IMG/VR virus record: IMGVR_UViG_3300021387_000452
Length of the DNA: 64,000 nt
Source: a virus
Lineage: Duplodnaviria > Caudoviricetes
Strand: one strand, 5' to 3'
This document shows, piece by piece, positions 31,088 to 43,167 of this stretch. The translations under genes and the position numbers were made by a program. The notes under the pieces were generated by a model that worked only from the letters and a program-made list of their open reading frames with translations, did no database searches and had not been told where the DNA came from. How positions within the stretch are numbered: the first letter of the stretch is position 1; every line of letters starts with the position of its first letter.

Positions 31088-31462
31088 TTAAGCTGAAGCT
31101 TTTTGCGCTGGAAGCTCTCCAAATACCATAGACCCATTTGGAGTGAATGTGATTCTACGACCGTTTGGAGATACTATCAAACATCTATTAAGAGCCACGC
31201 TATTCATCTTAATGTAAGATAAGCATCCGCAAAGTTCATCTCCAGAATGAACCGCTCTATAAGAATTGAACTCAGTAAGAATGTAGAGAACGAATTTGCT
31301 CATTGATTACTCCATTTAGCCAATATGTGAAAATAGAAAGTTGAGAGCCATACCAATAACATCGGCAAGTTCTTCATGATAGATGCAACCAAGAAGAACG
31401 AATGGAATAAGCATGAAGCCCTGAATATCATCTTTCGTCATTTTTAACTCTCCATAAGATCA

Positions 31463-31555
31463 TTGAATGGAACCATTCCATCCAATCGATAATGCTCTTA
31501 TAAACCAGACTGAGAAGCATGTAAAATAAAATCACCGTCTAAGACGGTGATTTTT
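31463..31555 (-). promoter_or_regulatory. Repeated promoter cassette
   Basis: Consensus match. Confidence 0.8.
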
Positions 31556-31558
31556 GTG

Positions 31559-32359
31559 TTAGATAAAACTATGTTTTCGTTTACGCTTTAATCTCAATCT
31601 ATCTTTCTTCTCTTTTCGCTCTTCTTTCTTTTCTTTAATGCTTTCATCTTTCTTTTTCTTTTTATCGTTATTATCACCGCCGAGTAGTTCTTCAAGTGAA
31701 ATAACTTGGGCTTCATCTTCATCAGAATCCTTTGTTCTTACGATTTCATAGCCCTTCTTTTCTCTCTTTTTCTTTGGGATTTTGTCTAGAATTTCTTTTG
31801 GGATCTCTTCATTTTTCTCTACAACAAACGGAGGAGCGCACCCCTGACATGAGCTGCAGGCCACATTTAAAGCATGCTTCATTCTCTCTTCTACAGATCT
31901 ATATGGTGCCAACTCATTGAGCACCTTAAATGCACCAAGAGCCACAGAACCACCAATCCCAATTGCATCACAATCGTCAGCTGGCTCTAGAATTGAAAGA
32001 TCCATTTGCATTCTATAAATTCTATTACCGACTGCAATAAGCATCTCCCACATGTCATCTTCATCAAAGTCTTCAGTGATAGCTCTAATTACTGGCGTAA
32101 ATTCAGTAACCAGATACGACATGTCAATATCTTTTGTAGCTAGCTCTTCTTCTGGAGGAAAGATTCCTTCAACGTGCTGCATTAAGTTTGGCATTCTAAA
32201 CGATCCAGCACATCCAATAAGAATATCCCTACGACCAACTGGATGAAATACTTTTGGATTCTTTACAAGTGACTGATTGATCGGATCAGATGCGCATGAA
32301 TCACCAGCCATAAAAGCTGTGTTTGAATTTTTATCTGAGTAAGCTAGAACAACTGTCAT
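31559..32359 (-). CDS. Ntn-hydrolase, HslV/proteasome beta-subunit-like, with Lys/Glu-rich tail
   Basis: M-T start, MAGDS, KVF, IGCAGS, AIGIG..ALG. Confidence 0.75.
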   Translation of the reverse strand: MTVVLAYSDKNSNTAFMAGDSCASDPINQSLVKNPKVFHPVGRRDILIGCAGSFRMPNLMQHVEGIFPPEEELATKDIDMSYLVTEFTPVIRAITEDFDEDDMWEMLIAVGNRIYRMQMDLSILEPADDCDAIGIGGSVALGAFKVLNELAPYRSVEERMKHALNVACSSCQGCAPPFVVEKNEEIPKEILDKIPKKKREKKGYEIVRTKDSDEDEAQVISLEELLGGDNNDKKKKKDESIKEKKEERKEKKDRLRLKRKRKHSFI

Positions 32360-35210
32360 ATTAAAGCTCCTATTTGGCTTAGCTGTTAATCCACTTCAAC
32401 GCCAAATAAGTCCCAATATCCGGCGCAGAATAGTCAAGACGAATAATGTCTAGTTTTCCGTCTTGCAAAATATTATATACAACATTTATGAATAGATTTA
32501 ACATAGCATCAAAGTCCAAATATATAGCGCATTACTTTAATGAGAGAATCTTCTAACTCATCATCGTTTTCTTCTTGTTTATCAGCTCTTGCTTTAGCTT
32601 CAAATGCTTCTTTAATATTCTTTTTATGATCTACAACTTTGTTGTAGATGTCATCTTCAGAATCATCAGCATTAACTTTAATATGAGTTGATTCATCTTC
32701 ACTATTTAGCTTAATGTAGTCATCCAGTCTAGTGAATGCTGATGGGCACTTGCATTTCCATTTAGTATCTTTTTTATCAGCATCTGATTTATTATCAGTT
32801 GGAGTTTTCTGATCATCAAGAAAAACCCATCTAAAGTTATGCGTATCCGGATCAGAAATAAGCTTCAAACATTTACGAAATTTTCGATGTCTAGCTAACC
32901 AATCATTGTCATCATCTTTTGTTCTATTATCAGAATCTTCATCATCACCACAAACTTTACGATCATTGCAATCTGCTAATTGACTAATTACATTCGCATC
33001 ATTTTTAGAACAGCTATATGTACGAGTTTCTTCACTCCACTTTGTATCACCAACTGACTCTACTTTGTGATATATGCATGTCTTATTCTTATCATCCCCG
33101 TTATCAGTAAGTGTAATAACTGTCTTACATTCAATGCCATCAACGTCTTTCTTCAAGACTGCTTTAAACGTGCAGTCTTTATCTTTTTCACGATCAATCA
33201 CTGATTCTTTTGCGTCAATACGATACCCATCTTTAATGTAAGAATGTATAGCATCAGAAGCAAGAGTGTTCATATCGCTGGAATCATTAAACTTTGTAAG
33301 CATAGTTATACGTTCTCCTTGTATGGTTGACCATCGTGTTTAATTAAAATATCATTAAGTGTTTTGCATAATTCACAGTACCTTGACAAATCAGCAAACA
33401 CAAGCTTCATTTCGTTTATACTAAATTTGCTGTCATGCAAGATTATATCGTGATTGCGAATATATTTCTCAAGAGCAAGCTGGAGAATTCTTATCTGACC
33501 AACTGTCAAACTAAGTGTATAGCTTTCACCGCCCATCACTTATCCTCCATATTGTATATTTTCTCATAATCAGAAATAAACTTTTCCTCGCTAGTATCGC
33601 CACTGATAAACCAGTCGAGTGAATGCATTGCTTTTGCGAGTTTACCAAGATCCTCACAAATAAGTTTCATATATGTAAGTGTCTTTGGATTATACGCATA
33701 TTCGTCACTATCATTGGCACAGTATTCAATGTAACCAATTTCTTTTGCAACCATACCCTGAAGATAATTCAACTCATTATCTCTGTAATCAAATGCTCCG
33801 CCACTCATTGATTAATCTCCCTATAAGTTTCAGGAAAGTTTCCTATTAAATACATGTCTTCATAACACTTTGAGAGGTATTTAATACGTTCATCTTCAGC
33901 CTCTTTTTCAGAGTCAGCGTAAACGTCATAGTATGACTTATAATAGCAGCGAGATTCTTCAAAATCAAATCGGTGATCTTCATTACATTTAACAACAAAG
34001 AGTATAACGAAATGATCATAGCTCCAGCGTGTTATAACTTTGACTATATAGCGACCATTAGTAAGTATTGCTACAAATTCTCTTTTATTACTTGATTGCT
34101 CAGTAGGAACTATTCTATAGCCTTCTAGTAAAAGCGATCTTATAATATCTGCTGGCTTGTTATTAAGTTCTTTCAGTGTATAAAGAGCCATGTCAATCCT
34201 TATCTTTAGACTTTTTACTATGTCTAATAAAAATTGAGTCTTCTGGAAGTTCTTCTTTTTCTGTAACTGTGCTCCAGATAAGAGCTCCAAAGTAGCTAAT
34301 AAAACAAATAGCGCCAATAATAATCAGCGCTATTTCTACAACCCCTAATTCTTTCATATTAAGCTCTCTAGCCTCTTATATAGTATATACACAATAAGCA
34401 AGAAGTAAATCACTTATTTTGATTTTCATCACTCTTTTCAAAGATCTTTATGATATCTCTGGACGAGATTTCTTTAGGTTTACATCCTGCTTCATGTGAT
34501 ACATACTTTCCTAATTCATAGAAAGTTATAGCTAAGATTACAACAGCCACTATTGATATGATTATTTCTAACATAATGCTTGTTTTCTTGTCTACGTATA
34601 TACTTTTTTAATGAAGCTCTTAAATTCTTTTACAATATTTTTGTTGGATTCAATAATCTCATTTGTGTTGTTTGAATAATAAAGATCTCTCTTAAATTTT
34701 ATGCCTGCTTCTCTATTGTCTATAATATATGCAAAATTACCGTTTGATGTCATTACTGATAATGCACAATCTGAATTGAATCCAACACAATCACCATTCG
34801 TATAATGAATTCTGATCTTAAACTTACGATCATTAAATTGAACATACTCAGAATAATTTTTGGGATCATCGTTTAACCACAATGTTTTCATTGAAGATGT
34901 TGTCATGATAATTCTCCTTTGTAGTTTAGTCAGGAAGCCATTTCTTGACTATGTAGTTTTATTAGTGATGTCCAGGAAAATAAGCTACAACTTCATTGGT
35001 TGCAGTTTCAACGACATAAACCCAAAGACCGATATCGGAAACTTCAATAGCGTTCTTCATTGCAGATGTTTTATCCTTATAGCCCCAAAAGTCAATCTGG
35101 GTTTCGGATTCTGGGCTAACCAATACATAGGTAGCTCCTGCTTTAAACATCTTCTCCATTCTATCATCGCGTCCAAAAGGTGATTTCATATCGTTCTCCA
35201 TTTGAGTTTA

Positions 35211-35274
35211 TTGGAAAGAACCATTCCTTCCAATTTATGTAGCTATATTATCACAAGTTGGCTATTCGCGTAAA
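35211..35274 (-). promoter_or_regulatory. Repeated promoter cassette (degenerate)
   Basis: Hairpin TTGGAAGGAA-TGG-TTCTTTCCAA; TTTAC. Confidence 0.65.
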
Positions 35275-36655
35275 GGACTATTTTAGATAGTCAGCATATT
35301 TTTCTCTAAATGCTTTTTCGTCCTTTGATAAATAAGCTTCATTGTCAAGAACTTCTTTGATACTTGGAAACATTAAAGTGATACATTCGTTACACTGAAC
35401 AGTTTTATCCTCAAAGCAATCCAGCTTTATAGCCACGCATTCTCTATCAAATTCACGCTCTACTTCAATGCTTTCTAAAGCGTTATATAAATACACAGTC
35501 TTAGCTTTCTCATAATGTACGAGGTGAACTACACTCTTTAGAGCATCACTGATAGACTCTTCACTTGCATCGAAAAGTGTGTATATCCAGCCAATGAGTG
35601 GTAGTGTTCTCTTTGCATAAGTGCCTGCAACAGTGTTCAATTTGATACTCATCATTGGCCTCAATTGGGTAAGTGAATGCAAAGACTAGGAAAGCAACAT
35701 ACGCTATAACTAGTAACAGCGAGACTATAAGATACTTGTAATACTCGGCTTTGCTATTAAAGACAAAGCCGTCTCTTTCGTACTTATCTTCTTTCATTCT
35801 GGCTCTCCATAGACATCGATCTCATAAAGATCTGCATAGTAACATGGGAGCATGTTGTCCTCCCAGAGGTTGTGAATTACATCACCAGCAAAGTCTGATA
35901 TGAGATCTTCTATATCAAAGCGAGAATCACTTGTTGCTAGATCTGCCTCAATCGCCTTGCTCAAAACTTCATCCACAAATGGATCACTTGATCGTCTGTA
36001 TAGATCCCACGTACGAACAATGAAGTCGTCTTTTTGAGCTTTGCAGAATACATCATAAAACATATTCTCAACGAAGTTATAAAGTTCCTGTGTCATGTCT
36101 ATACACCCTATAATGCTGCATCGCTTATGTACTCTTTAATGCAGCTTTCAACAAAGTCTGCAAGCTCATAAGCATATTGCTCAACTTCATACTCACTATA
36201 GCTGTGCTTTTCCATGTCAGCTTTACTAACTATTGACTTAGCATTAGTGAGTCCAATTATTGGGCAGCTGATGAATATATCATGCTCTAAGTCTTTAAGA
36301 AATTTTCTGTATTCTTCGCTTGTCATGGCATTTTCTCCTTCCAAATTATAGACTAGCGACCATTATCAGCGTCTTTCTGTATAAGATAATCAACGACTTG
36401 CTGAATCGTATCAAATTTTTCTACATAATATTCATCTTCAACTTCATAGCTGCCATCTTCATTTAGTCTAATCGTAAAATTTCCATAATCGTAATCCCAA
36501 TAAAACATAACGTCTACATCATTGCTGTATGCTTTGGCTTCATAAGCTGAGAGGCCATGCGTTGAGAGTTGATACGCCTTAAGTATTGAGTCCAGATGTG
36601 TAGCAAGATTAGTTAGCTGTTCTTTTTCTGCCATGATGTTTTCTCCTTGAGTTTA

Positions 36656-36730
36656 TTGAATGGAACCATTCCATCCAATTTATGAGAATCTTATAAACCA
36701 ATTTTGAAATTGTGTAAATAAAAATCACCG
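36656..36730 (-). promoter_or_regulatory. Repeated promoter cassette
   Basis: Consensus match. Confidence 0.8.
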
Positions 36731-36731
36731 C

Positions 36732-37058
36732 TTAGTTCCAGTAATTTTCAGCGTAACGTCTACCCCATTCTAATTTAGCTCTTTCAAGAAGATCAGCGCC
36801 TTTTTGAGTAATAGACCACTTCCTAGTTTTATTACTGTATGTAACGATACCACTCCGACGCATATCAGCAAACATTGATGACATGTGGCCTCTGTACCAA
36901 TCTTTATTGGTAACCGCATTTTCAATGCCCATTACATCTCTTAATATCTCGTATCTGTTCACTGGGCCAACTTTATTAAGAAATGAAAGAACTGAAATGT
37001 AACGCGTTGGCTTACCAGTTGATGTCAATGGGCGAGTAAATGAGTAATTGCTTAGCAT
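36732..37058 (-). CDS. Winged-helix-like DNA-binding protein (start corrected)
   Basis: L..L...GPVNRYEIL...GIV...WSITQKG. Confidence 0.5.
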   Translation of the reverse strand: MLSNYSFTRPLTSTGKPTRYISVLSFLNKVGPVNRYEILRDVMGIENAVTNKDWYRGHMSSMFADMRRSGIVTYSNKTRKWSITQKGADLLERAKLEWGRRYAENYWN

Positions 37059-37083
37059 TGATTTTAGCTCCTTTTTGAATTTA

Positions 37084-37157
37084 TTGAATGGAACTATTCC
37101 ACCCAATTTATGAATGTATATTACTATAAGCTAAAAATCTCGTAAACAAAAATCACG
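37084..37157 (-). promoter_or_regulatory. Repeated promoter cassette
   Basis: Hairpin with TAG loop. Confidence 0.75.
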
Positions 37158-38024
37158 GAGTAATTTGATGATTTTTAATCTTCTTCATCTTCACTAAATG
37201 GATCATATGAAGGCTCTACATCATATTCACTTCTCATACTATCGTAATAGTCTTTTATTGTATAGCCATCTAAATAATCATCTTCTTCATTATTTGCTTT
37301 TGAGCTATCCCAGTAGTAATTCTTACATGAAGAAAATCCCTCATAAGCTTCTTCATCTGATTCTACATCATCCACAGCATTGTCATATTCCCATATCTCT
37401 TTCTTTCTATGCGATTTAGTTAAATAATCATATGTATCTTCTTCATCATCTATATTACTATAGCGCTCACCGTCATCATCCCAGAATTGAGAATAGTAGT
37501 GATCTCTCCATGTATCATCTTCTTTATCTGATTTCATATCAGCACAAATTTTATTGCATTCATCAAGCCATTCTTTACTAACCTCTATAACTCCAAGGTT
37601 ATAGTCTTCATTGAGAGCAGTTGAAATATAATCTTCAATCTCACTCTCTGAATATCCAACTTCTTTTAATGCTGAAGTTGTGTATGCCATAACATCAAAT
37701 ACAGTCTCAAGACCCTGTATGCTGTACATATGCAATCTCCATATTAGATGAGCTCAGCGAGAAGTTTATCGAAAATAGCGCTGGTCATATTATCAGGCCA
37801 AGTATCGATTCTGCCATCACTTTTAATATCCCAGAGTTCACCATCATCAGTACGAACTTTGTATCCTTTCAGAGAGTTCTTTTTGATTTCACTGCGGATA
37901 TAGAAAAAAGTGGTGATGTTGTTTGTGGTGATGAGCTCACTGCCGTCTGGATTGATGATGGTAATTGTGGGCTCAACTGGAATGTTATTAAGATCGATCA
38001 TTTTATAATCTCCTATGAATCTCT

Positions 38025-38118
38025 ATTAGGTGGAACCATTCCACCTAATTTCTGAATCTCTTATAAAACTTACTGAGATTTGTGTAAAATAAAATCACCG
38101 AATAAATCGGTGATTTTG
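38025..38118 (-). promoter_or_regulatory. Repeated promoter cassette
   Basis: Hairpin TTAGGTGGAA-TGG-TTCCACCTAA. Confidence 0.8.
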
Positions 38119-38137
38119 TCTTGTGAATCTTATAATT

Positions 38138-38797
38138 CTACCAATCAGCTGCAATATAAATCTTTTGCTTATCCCAGTCTGTAGTCTCTAGAATCTTACT
38201 GAACTCAATAAACATTTCACATACTTTATAAAATAGAAATGCATCTTCAGAGCCTAGAGCAGATGCGCAAATATCGTCAGCTTCATCCATCATCTCATCA
38301 GTAAATAGACTATTCTTAAATGTAAGATACGCTGATCTATCACCGCCCCACCTTGCGGTATTACCATGATATTCAAGCGGAGAATGCTCTATCTCAAGCC
38401 CCTTGTCAGTAAAGTTCTTTTCAACCATTAAGATAATCTTCTTAGACATAGAGACTAGATCTTCAAGTTGTGATTTAGTCACTTCTACATCTTTCCCATA
38501 GTCTTCATCTTTATAGCCGAAGTAGCTTACTATCCACCAGAGCTTTCTAAAATACGCAACTTCTTCACCGTCTCCCAGACTACTTGGATAGCTATTTCTA
38601 ATTAAATAGCTTTCGATAATATCTGCAAGACAGTCTTCAAATGAAATATGATTATCTACAGTATAGCTATAAAGTTCTTCAATCGCAGTATTTAATGATT
38701 CATTGCTAGAACTAGATAGCTCAGTCAGTATATCAGAAAGCTGCTTTTCTACATGCTTGTCTACTGGCTTACGATGAAAGTAAACATCTAATCCCAT
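38138..38797 (-). CDS. Conserved phage hypothetical protein (MGLD...AYFRK...W type)
   Basis: Family-like motifs. Confidence 0.55.
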   Translation of the reverse strand: MGLDVYFHRKPVDKHVEKQLSDILTELSSSSNESLNTAIEELYSYTVDNHISFEDCLADIIESYLIRNSYPSSLGDGEEVAYFRKLWWIVSYFGYKDEDYGKDVEVTKSQLEDLVSMSKKIILMVEKNFTDKGLEIEHSPLEYHGNTARWGGDRSAYLTFKNSLFTDEMMDEADDICASALGSEDAFLFYKVCEMFIEFSKILETTDWDKQKIYIAADW

Positions 38798-38809
38798 AAT
38801 GAACCTCCA

Positions 38810-39679
38810 CTAAAGATCTTCTTGATTGAGAGAGAATTTCTCGCCACAGAAATTAGCTTCGTCACTGATAATGCTTGCAATTCGCATAAGTGTCTGTTTA
38901 TAGAACTTATTAAAGATCTGGTTACTTACAAGCTTACCAGTCTTTGTGTTATACATAATTCTGGATAGTTCTTTCTTTCCCATCTGATACACAATGAATA
39001 GTCTAGCTATATTATACTCACTCATTGGGACTTGTGTATTACCAGCCTTTAATACAATGAAATTTGACTCTTCTTTACTCATCTGCTGAAGTATGTATTT
39101 AATTCTATTTTTATAATCAACACTACATACATTCAGCCCAGAAATAGAGATCATGTCGAGAAGTGTACAACCAGTATCTCCCTTCACTGGAGAATCCAAG
39201 ACTAACAGATCATCTTCATGACCTGATTTTTTATATGTCTGCCACATTGCATTGCGTAGTAGCCAGCAGTGAATTGCAGGCTCTAACTTATAGTTAGCAT
39301 TAAATCTTAATATGCCATCATTAAGCATTACCTTAAATGCACAGCTTTGATAGAAATCATCAAATGTCATTCTTGCTCTAAGCCGTGTTTGACATGGTTT
39401 ATAATAAATGCTAGAAGCTTTTCGTTTTAGAATATCGAGCACTTCATCAGTAGACATAACAAGATATTTGAGATTTTTCCTTTCAATATCTGTCATATTT
39501 GCTAAGTCAAACTGATTAGTGTTTATCATTAAATCTGATAATCTGCTAACTGCTTTATATTTGCTAGAGCTAGATGTCAAGCTATCTAGCTGATCTTTGC
39601 TGCAAGTGGATAGATTGATCTTATATCTGTTTTCAATATCTCTAATAGATTGTGATTTTGAACTAGATACGTATGTCAT
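38810..39679 (-). CDS. RNA polymerase sigma-factor-like protein
   Basis: FDDFYQ...RFN...AIHCW (region 2-like), LDSPV..D..TLLDMI, C-terminal HTH-like segment. Confidence 0.55.
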   Translation of the reverse strand: MTYVSSSKSQSIRDIENRYKINLSTCSKDQLDSLTSSSSKYKAVSRLSDLMINTNQFDLANMTDIERKNLKYLVMSTDEVLDILKRKASSIYYKPCQTRLRARMTFDDFYQSCAFKVMLNDGILRFNANYKLEPAIHCWLLRNAMWQTYKKSGHEDDLLVLDSPVKGDTGCTLLDMISISGLNVCSVDYKNRIKYILQQMSKEESNFIVLKAGNTQVPMSEYNIARLFIVYQMGKKELSRIMYNTKTGKLVSNQIFNKFYKQTLMRIASIISDEANFCGEKFSLNQEDL

Positions 39680-39703
39680 AGTTATCTCTCCTGCTAGCTA
39701 TGA

Positions 39704-40273
39704 TTATTTACCTTCCCAAAAAGCAGATGCCTGATCTGCAGTCTGAAGCTTAAGAACAAGCTTATAAAGAGAAAGAGCTTTTGAAATAGCTGGGCGTTCA
39801 TATGTAGGCTCAAGTACATAACCGCCCATGTGCCAGCGAATTGCTACAATCTCTTCATCAGTAAGCTTCATATATTTCATAAGAATAATAACTGATTTTT
39901 CACCATGACCTACAGGAAGTTCTTCGTCTTCTCTATAGTCATAGTATGGAACCTGAATCCATTTACCAGAAGCATCCTTAGTATTACGCATTGAAACTTT
40001 ATAAGTTCCTACTTTACAGAGATCATGAAACAAGCCAGCGATGGCAATAGTCTCATCAGATTCAATCTCTTGGAAGTTCTTGAGATACTTATAGACTCCA
40101 ATACAGTGAGCAAGAAGGCCACCCTCTTCAGCTCCATGAAATCTTGCAGATGAAGGTGCAGTGTAAAAATCTGTCGTTTCAAGCCATGCCATTAGATCGG
40201 CAATTCCTTCACGATGAATGTTCTTGTTGACGATCTCAATGAATTCTTTTTTAAGGGCTGCAATGTCGTTCAT
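39704..40273 (-). CDS. HD-domain phosphohydrolase
   Basis: APSSARFH..GGL.AH, LFHDLCK, GHGEKS, IRWHMG, AD. Confidence 0.9.
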   Translation of the reverse strand: MNDIAALKKEFIEIVNKNIHREGIADLMAWLETTDFYTAPSSARFHGAEEGGLLAHCIGVYKYLKNFQEIESDETIAIAGLFHDLCKVGTYKVSMRNTKDASGKWIQVPYYDYREDEELPVGHGEKSVIILMKYMKLTDEEIVAIRWHMGGYVLEPTYERPAISKALSLYKLVLKLQTADQASAFWEGK

Positions 40274-40299
40274 AGTTCTTTCTCCATTATGGTTGTTTT

Positions 40300-40376
40300 A
40301 GCGGATAAGAACTATTCCCATCCGCTTTATGAAGTCTTTATAAGATTCTTTTGGAATCTCGTAAACAAAAATCACC
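40300..40376 (-). promoter_or_regulatory. Repeated promoter cassette
   Basis: Hairpin AGCGGATGGGAA-TAG-TTCTTATCCGCT. Confidence 0.75.
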
Positions 40377-40381
40377 AGTGC

Positions 40382-41605
40382 TTACTTTATCATATTAGCC
40401 ATTTTCATAAGCTGCTCAGAATTATCAATTCCAAACACGTCACTTACTATCACATCTTCTAATTTAATCTGAGCCACTTCTGGAGATTCTCCCTTCTTTT
40501 TTGAAGCATTCCAAGTCCTCATCGCACTATCTACAAATAGTGCTTGTAGCTTAGACCATAGAATTATCTTATTCGCATCTAGTGTACCATTCAACTGTCT
40601 AAATTCAAGATGAAGATGCTGAATGTTAGAAATAAAATTTGTCACGTTTAATTTTCTATAGCGGCTGTTCATATAGTTAGTATTGCATGTTTTACAAAAC
40701 TTGCCTCTATTCTCTCTTCTAGAAAGTGGAACTAACTTGTCAAATAAAGAAGCCTCGCTTTTTCTGTATGATCTAACAAAGTGGCATAAGAATTCATTCT
40801 CATTTAATGAGCATCTGATAGGCTTCATATCTCTTCCGTCTACTGGAAAAGACATATGAACGTGAGTCCCGCAATTCCTATTTGTATACGCACCAAATAC
40901 AGACTTCACCAACTCACAAACATCTCTTAATGTCTTCATGTCCTTCTTTGATGATAGTTTCAATATTGGAGAAGTCAGCTCAAATCCGCTCATGCCGGGT
41001 GAGTATTCTTTATCATCCCTTCTTGGATAAACAGATCCGTCTTCACCAAGGATCCACTTATTACCATCATTATGACAGTATCGCATAGTTGCTGAAAATA
41101 AAGATTCTCCAACTAAGTTTTTCATCTTACGACAGAATTCTTCAACCTTAGAATATTGTCCGATAAATTCAAGCTCTACACCGATTAGCTTATCTGTGAC
41201 TTTGAACTTATTAGCAGACTTTGTCTTTGCAGCATTTACTAGCAATTCAAGATCTTCATTTTTTAATCTGTATTGATTACCTGACTGCTTAAACACTATT
41301 CTAGATTGGCATTTATTTCTCCTAATAATGTTAAAACTCAAGTCTATGTCACTATTATCTTTTGTAGAATTTTGCTGCTCTTGTCTAGTAGATCTAGTTG
41401 GTCTATTTTGCCTATAGAATAGTAGAGCAAATAAGCGCTTTAGATAATTTTCGTATGTCTCAGACGGCTTCTTTTCAAATGTAGATTCATTAAACTGAGC
41501 ATGAAGTAAATCCATAAACTCATGTGGTCGATCAATAAGATCAGCAAGCTCAATGGTTACTCCATTAATGATGATTGTTTTGTTTACTCTGACTGACATG
41601 AGCAA
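40382..41605 (-). CDS. Putative amidoligase (COOH-NH2 ligase type 2)
   Basis: GVELEF, DGSV, ELTSPIL, CGTHVH, RYRKLN, EFRQ..GT. Confidence 0.85.
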   Translation of the reverse strand: MLMSVRVNKTIIINGVTIELADLIDRPHEFMDLLHAQFNESTFEKKPSETYENYLKRLFALLFYRQNRPTRSTRQEQQNSTKDNSDIDLSFNIIRRNKCQSRIVFKQSGNQYRLKNEDLELLVNAAKTKSANKFKVTDKLIGVELEFIGQYSKVEEFCRKMKNLVGESLFSATMRYCHNDGNKWILGEDGSVYPRRDDKEYSPGMSGFELTSPILKLSSKKDMKTLRDVCELVKSVFGAYTNRNCGTHVHMSFPVDGRDMKPIRCSLNENEFLCHFVRSYRKSEASLFDKLVPLSRRENRGKFCKTCNTNYMNSRYRKLNVTNFISNIQHLHLEFRQLNGTLDANKIILWSKLQALFVDSAMRTWNASKKKGESPEVAQIKLEDVIVSDVFGIDNSEQLMKMANMIK

Positions 41606-41623
41606 GACTCCAAAGATGAAATG

Positions 41624-41724
41624 TTTGGTAGAACCACTCTACCAAAAGCTACACCGTTATAAAGCTAAACTTAATTTTTCGTAAACAAAAATCACCATAA
41701 GAATTCAATATCTTACGGTGATTT
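41624..41724 (-). promoter_or_regulatory. Repeated promoter cassette
   Basis: Hairpin TTTGGTAGAG-TGG-TTCTACCAAA. Confidence 0.75.
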
Positions 41725-41854
41725 CTTACCTCTAACTAAATTTCATCTACGAAGCCAGCTGAATTATTTACATATAAATCGTATTCATATATGCTGTATA
41801 ATTCATCAATTTCTTCGTCAGTCAGATCGTAAAGACTAATAAACTCTTCCATAG

Positions 41855-42208
41855 TTAGTCTCTCCGAAATGTAACTCTTGTATGATGATCACTATTATGA
41901 TCAGACTCAGAACTAGTTACCATAAAATCATAATAGTGCCTCAAGCCTGGTGTAAGAGCTCCGCCACAAGAATCATTTGCAATTCTAAAGATTTCTGAAT
42001 CAGCTAGCTTTGTCTTAAGATCCAAAAGCCTGTGGATATTCTTGATGTCATAAATTGACCCGTCAAGAATATCATTATCACCAAGATACTTGGATAAAGT
42101 ATTTAGTGACCAAATGTAGTTTGTTGCTGTAGTGTATTTCAAACCACAGCGATTCATAAGATAATTGCGGAACTTTGAACGAGCAATGCGATCATCACCT
42201 AACGACAT
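41855..42208 (-). CDS. Stand-alone integrase N-terminal SAM-like domain protein
   Basis: FRNYL...GL...TA.NY...L...LR.YY.F. Confidence 0.45.
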   Translation of the reverse strand: MSLGDDRIARSKFRNYLMNRCGLKYTTATNYIWSLNTLSKYLGDNDILDGSIYDIKNIHRLLDLKTKLADSEIFRIANDSCGGALTPGLRHYYDFMVTSSESDHNSDHHTRVTFRRD

Positions 42209-42239
42209 ACTAAAGTCTCCTTATAGAGAGTGGTTTATA

Positions 42240-42310
42240 AGTAGTGAACAATTCCCTACTCTACTTTTCTAAGAATCTATATACCGGATTCTTAGGTTGA
42301 ACTAAACAAG
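42240..42310 (-). promoter_or_regulatory. Repeated promoter cassette (degenerate)
   Basis: Hairpin AGTAGGGAA-TTG-TTCACTACT. Confidence 0.6.
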
Positions 42311-42359
42311 AAATTCAAGTATTTATGATGGGCTTTTATAGCCCATCTATAATGAGGTA

Positions 42360-42725
42360 TTATCTCCAAATGTAAATACCGTTCTGCTTGGAGATAGCAC
42401 CAGTACGTATCTTCGTATTCATGATCTGCCAGGTGTATTTTGGTATTCTACGCTGAACCTCTGCAACCTGTTCGTCTGTAAGCTCTTTCCCATCGTTCTT
42501 ATCTTTTGCAATCTGCGTAAGAACTTTTGCATCAGACTTATTGAACCCCATCCTATTCTTATAGATCGTTCTATTGATAGCAACTTCGTTTTCGATCTGG
42601 TTGCTAAATACGACCATAAGACCATCAATAGCGTTATTGGCTGTAAGCTCGATCCCAGCTTTAATGTTATGAGCAAGATCGGTTTTGTTGCGAAGGGTAA
42701 CGTTGGTATTGATTGTAGTTGTCAT
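42360..42725 (-). CDS. Conserved phage protein, paralog of 18019-18375
   Basis: NQIENE...NRMGF..SDA...KY..QI. Confidence 0.65.
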   Translation of the reverse strand: MTTTINTNVTLRNKTDLAHNIKAGIELTANNAIDGLMVVFSNQIENEVAINRTIYKNRMGFNKSDAKVLTQIAKDKNDGKELTDEQVAEVQRRIPKYTWQIMNTKIRTGAISKQNGIYIWR

Positions 42726-42767
42726 ATCTAAGTCTCCTATGGTAGAACCTCTACTGTTCTTGGTCTT

Positions 42768-42858
42768 AGCTAAGGAACCATTCCTTAGCTTTATGAGGAT
42801 CTTATAAACCAATCTAAGATCTGTGTAAAATAAAATCACCGTCTATTATGGTGATTTT
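42768..42858 (-). promoter_or_regulatory. Repeated promoter cassette
   Basis: Hairpin AGCTAAGGAA-TGG-TTCCTTAGCT. Confidence 0.8.
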
Positions 42859-43074
42859 CTAAAGCTTAGAAATCAGCATGTCATCTGCAATTTCATTGCA
42901 TTTGTCTATCATCTCTACACTTACACAGAGAAGATGATCATAGTTGCTAGACGTAGCATCTTTATAGTAAGCATCTCTATCAGCCTTAGAGAATTTGCAT
43001 TCTTTCATAGCCTTCATAACATAACCCATAACACAGAAAGCATTTCCATCTATACCAACGAGATCGTATTTCAT
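42859..43074 (-). CDS. Conserved small phage protein (LVG.DGNAF type)
   Basis: MKYDLVGIDGNAFCVMG. Confidence 0.65.
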   Translation of the reverse strand: MKYDLVGIDGNAFCVMGYVMKAMKECKFSKADRDAYYKDATSSNYDHLLCVSVEMIDKCNEIADDMLISKL

Positions 43075-43090
43075 GATGTTCTCCTTTAAT

Positions 43091-43167
43091 AAGCTAGGGA
43101 CCCATTCCCTAGCTTTGTTGAGTTGATTATAAACTCTGTTTAATTTGTCGTAAACAGAAATCACCGA
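43091..43167 (-). promoter_or_regulatory. Repeated promoter cassette
   Basis: Hairpin AAGCTAGGGAA-TGG-GTCCCTAGCTT. Confidence 0.75.

Noticed and set aside
15951-43164. Recurring N-terminal peptides (MEWFHS, MIFVY..VYKILIN, MVPF/S) in the ORF track as a protein motif
   Set aside because: They are translations of the repeated promoter/hairpin cassette; the real starts lie downstream, after AGGAG/GGAG RBSs
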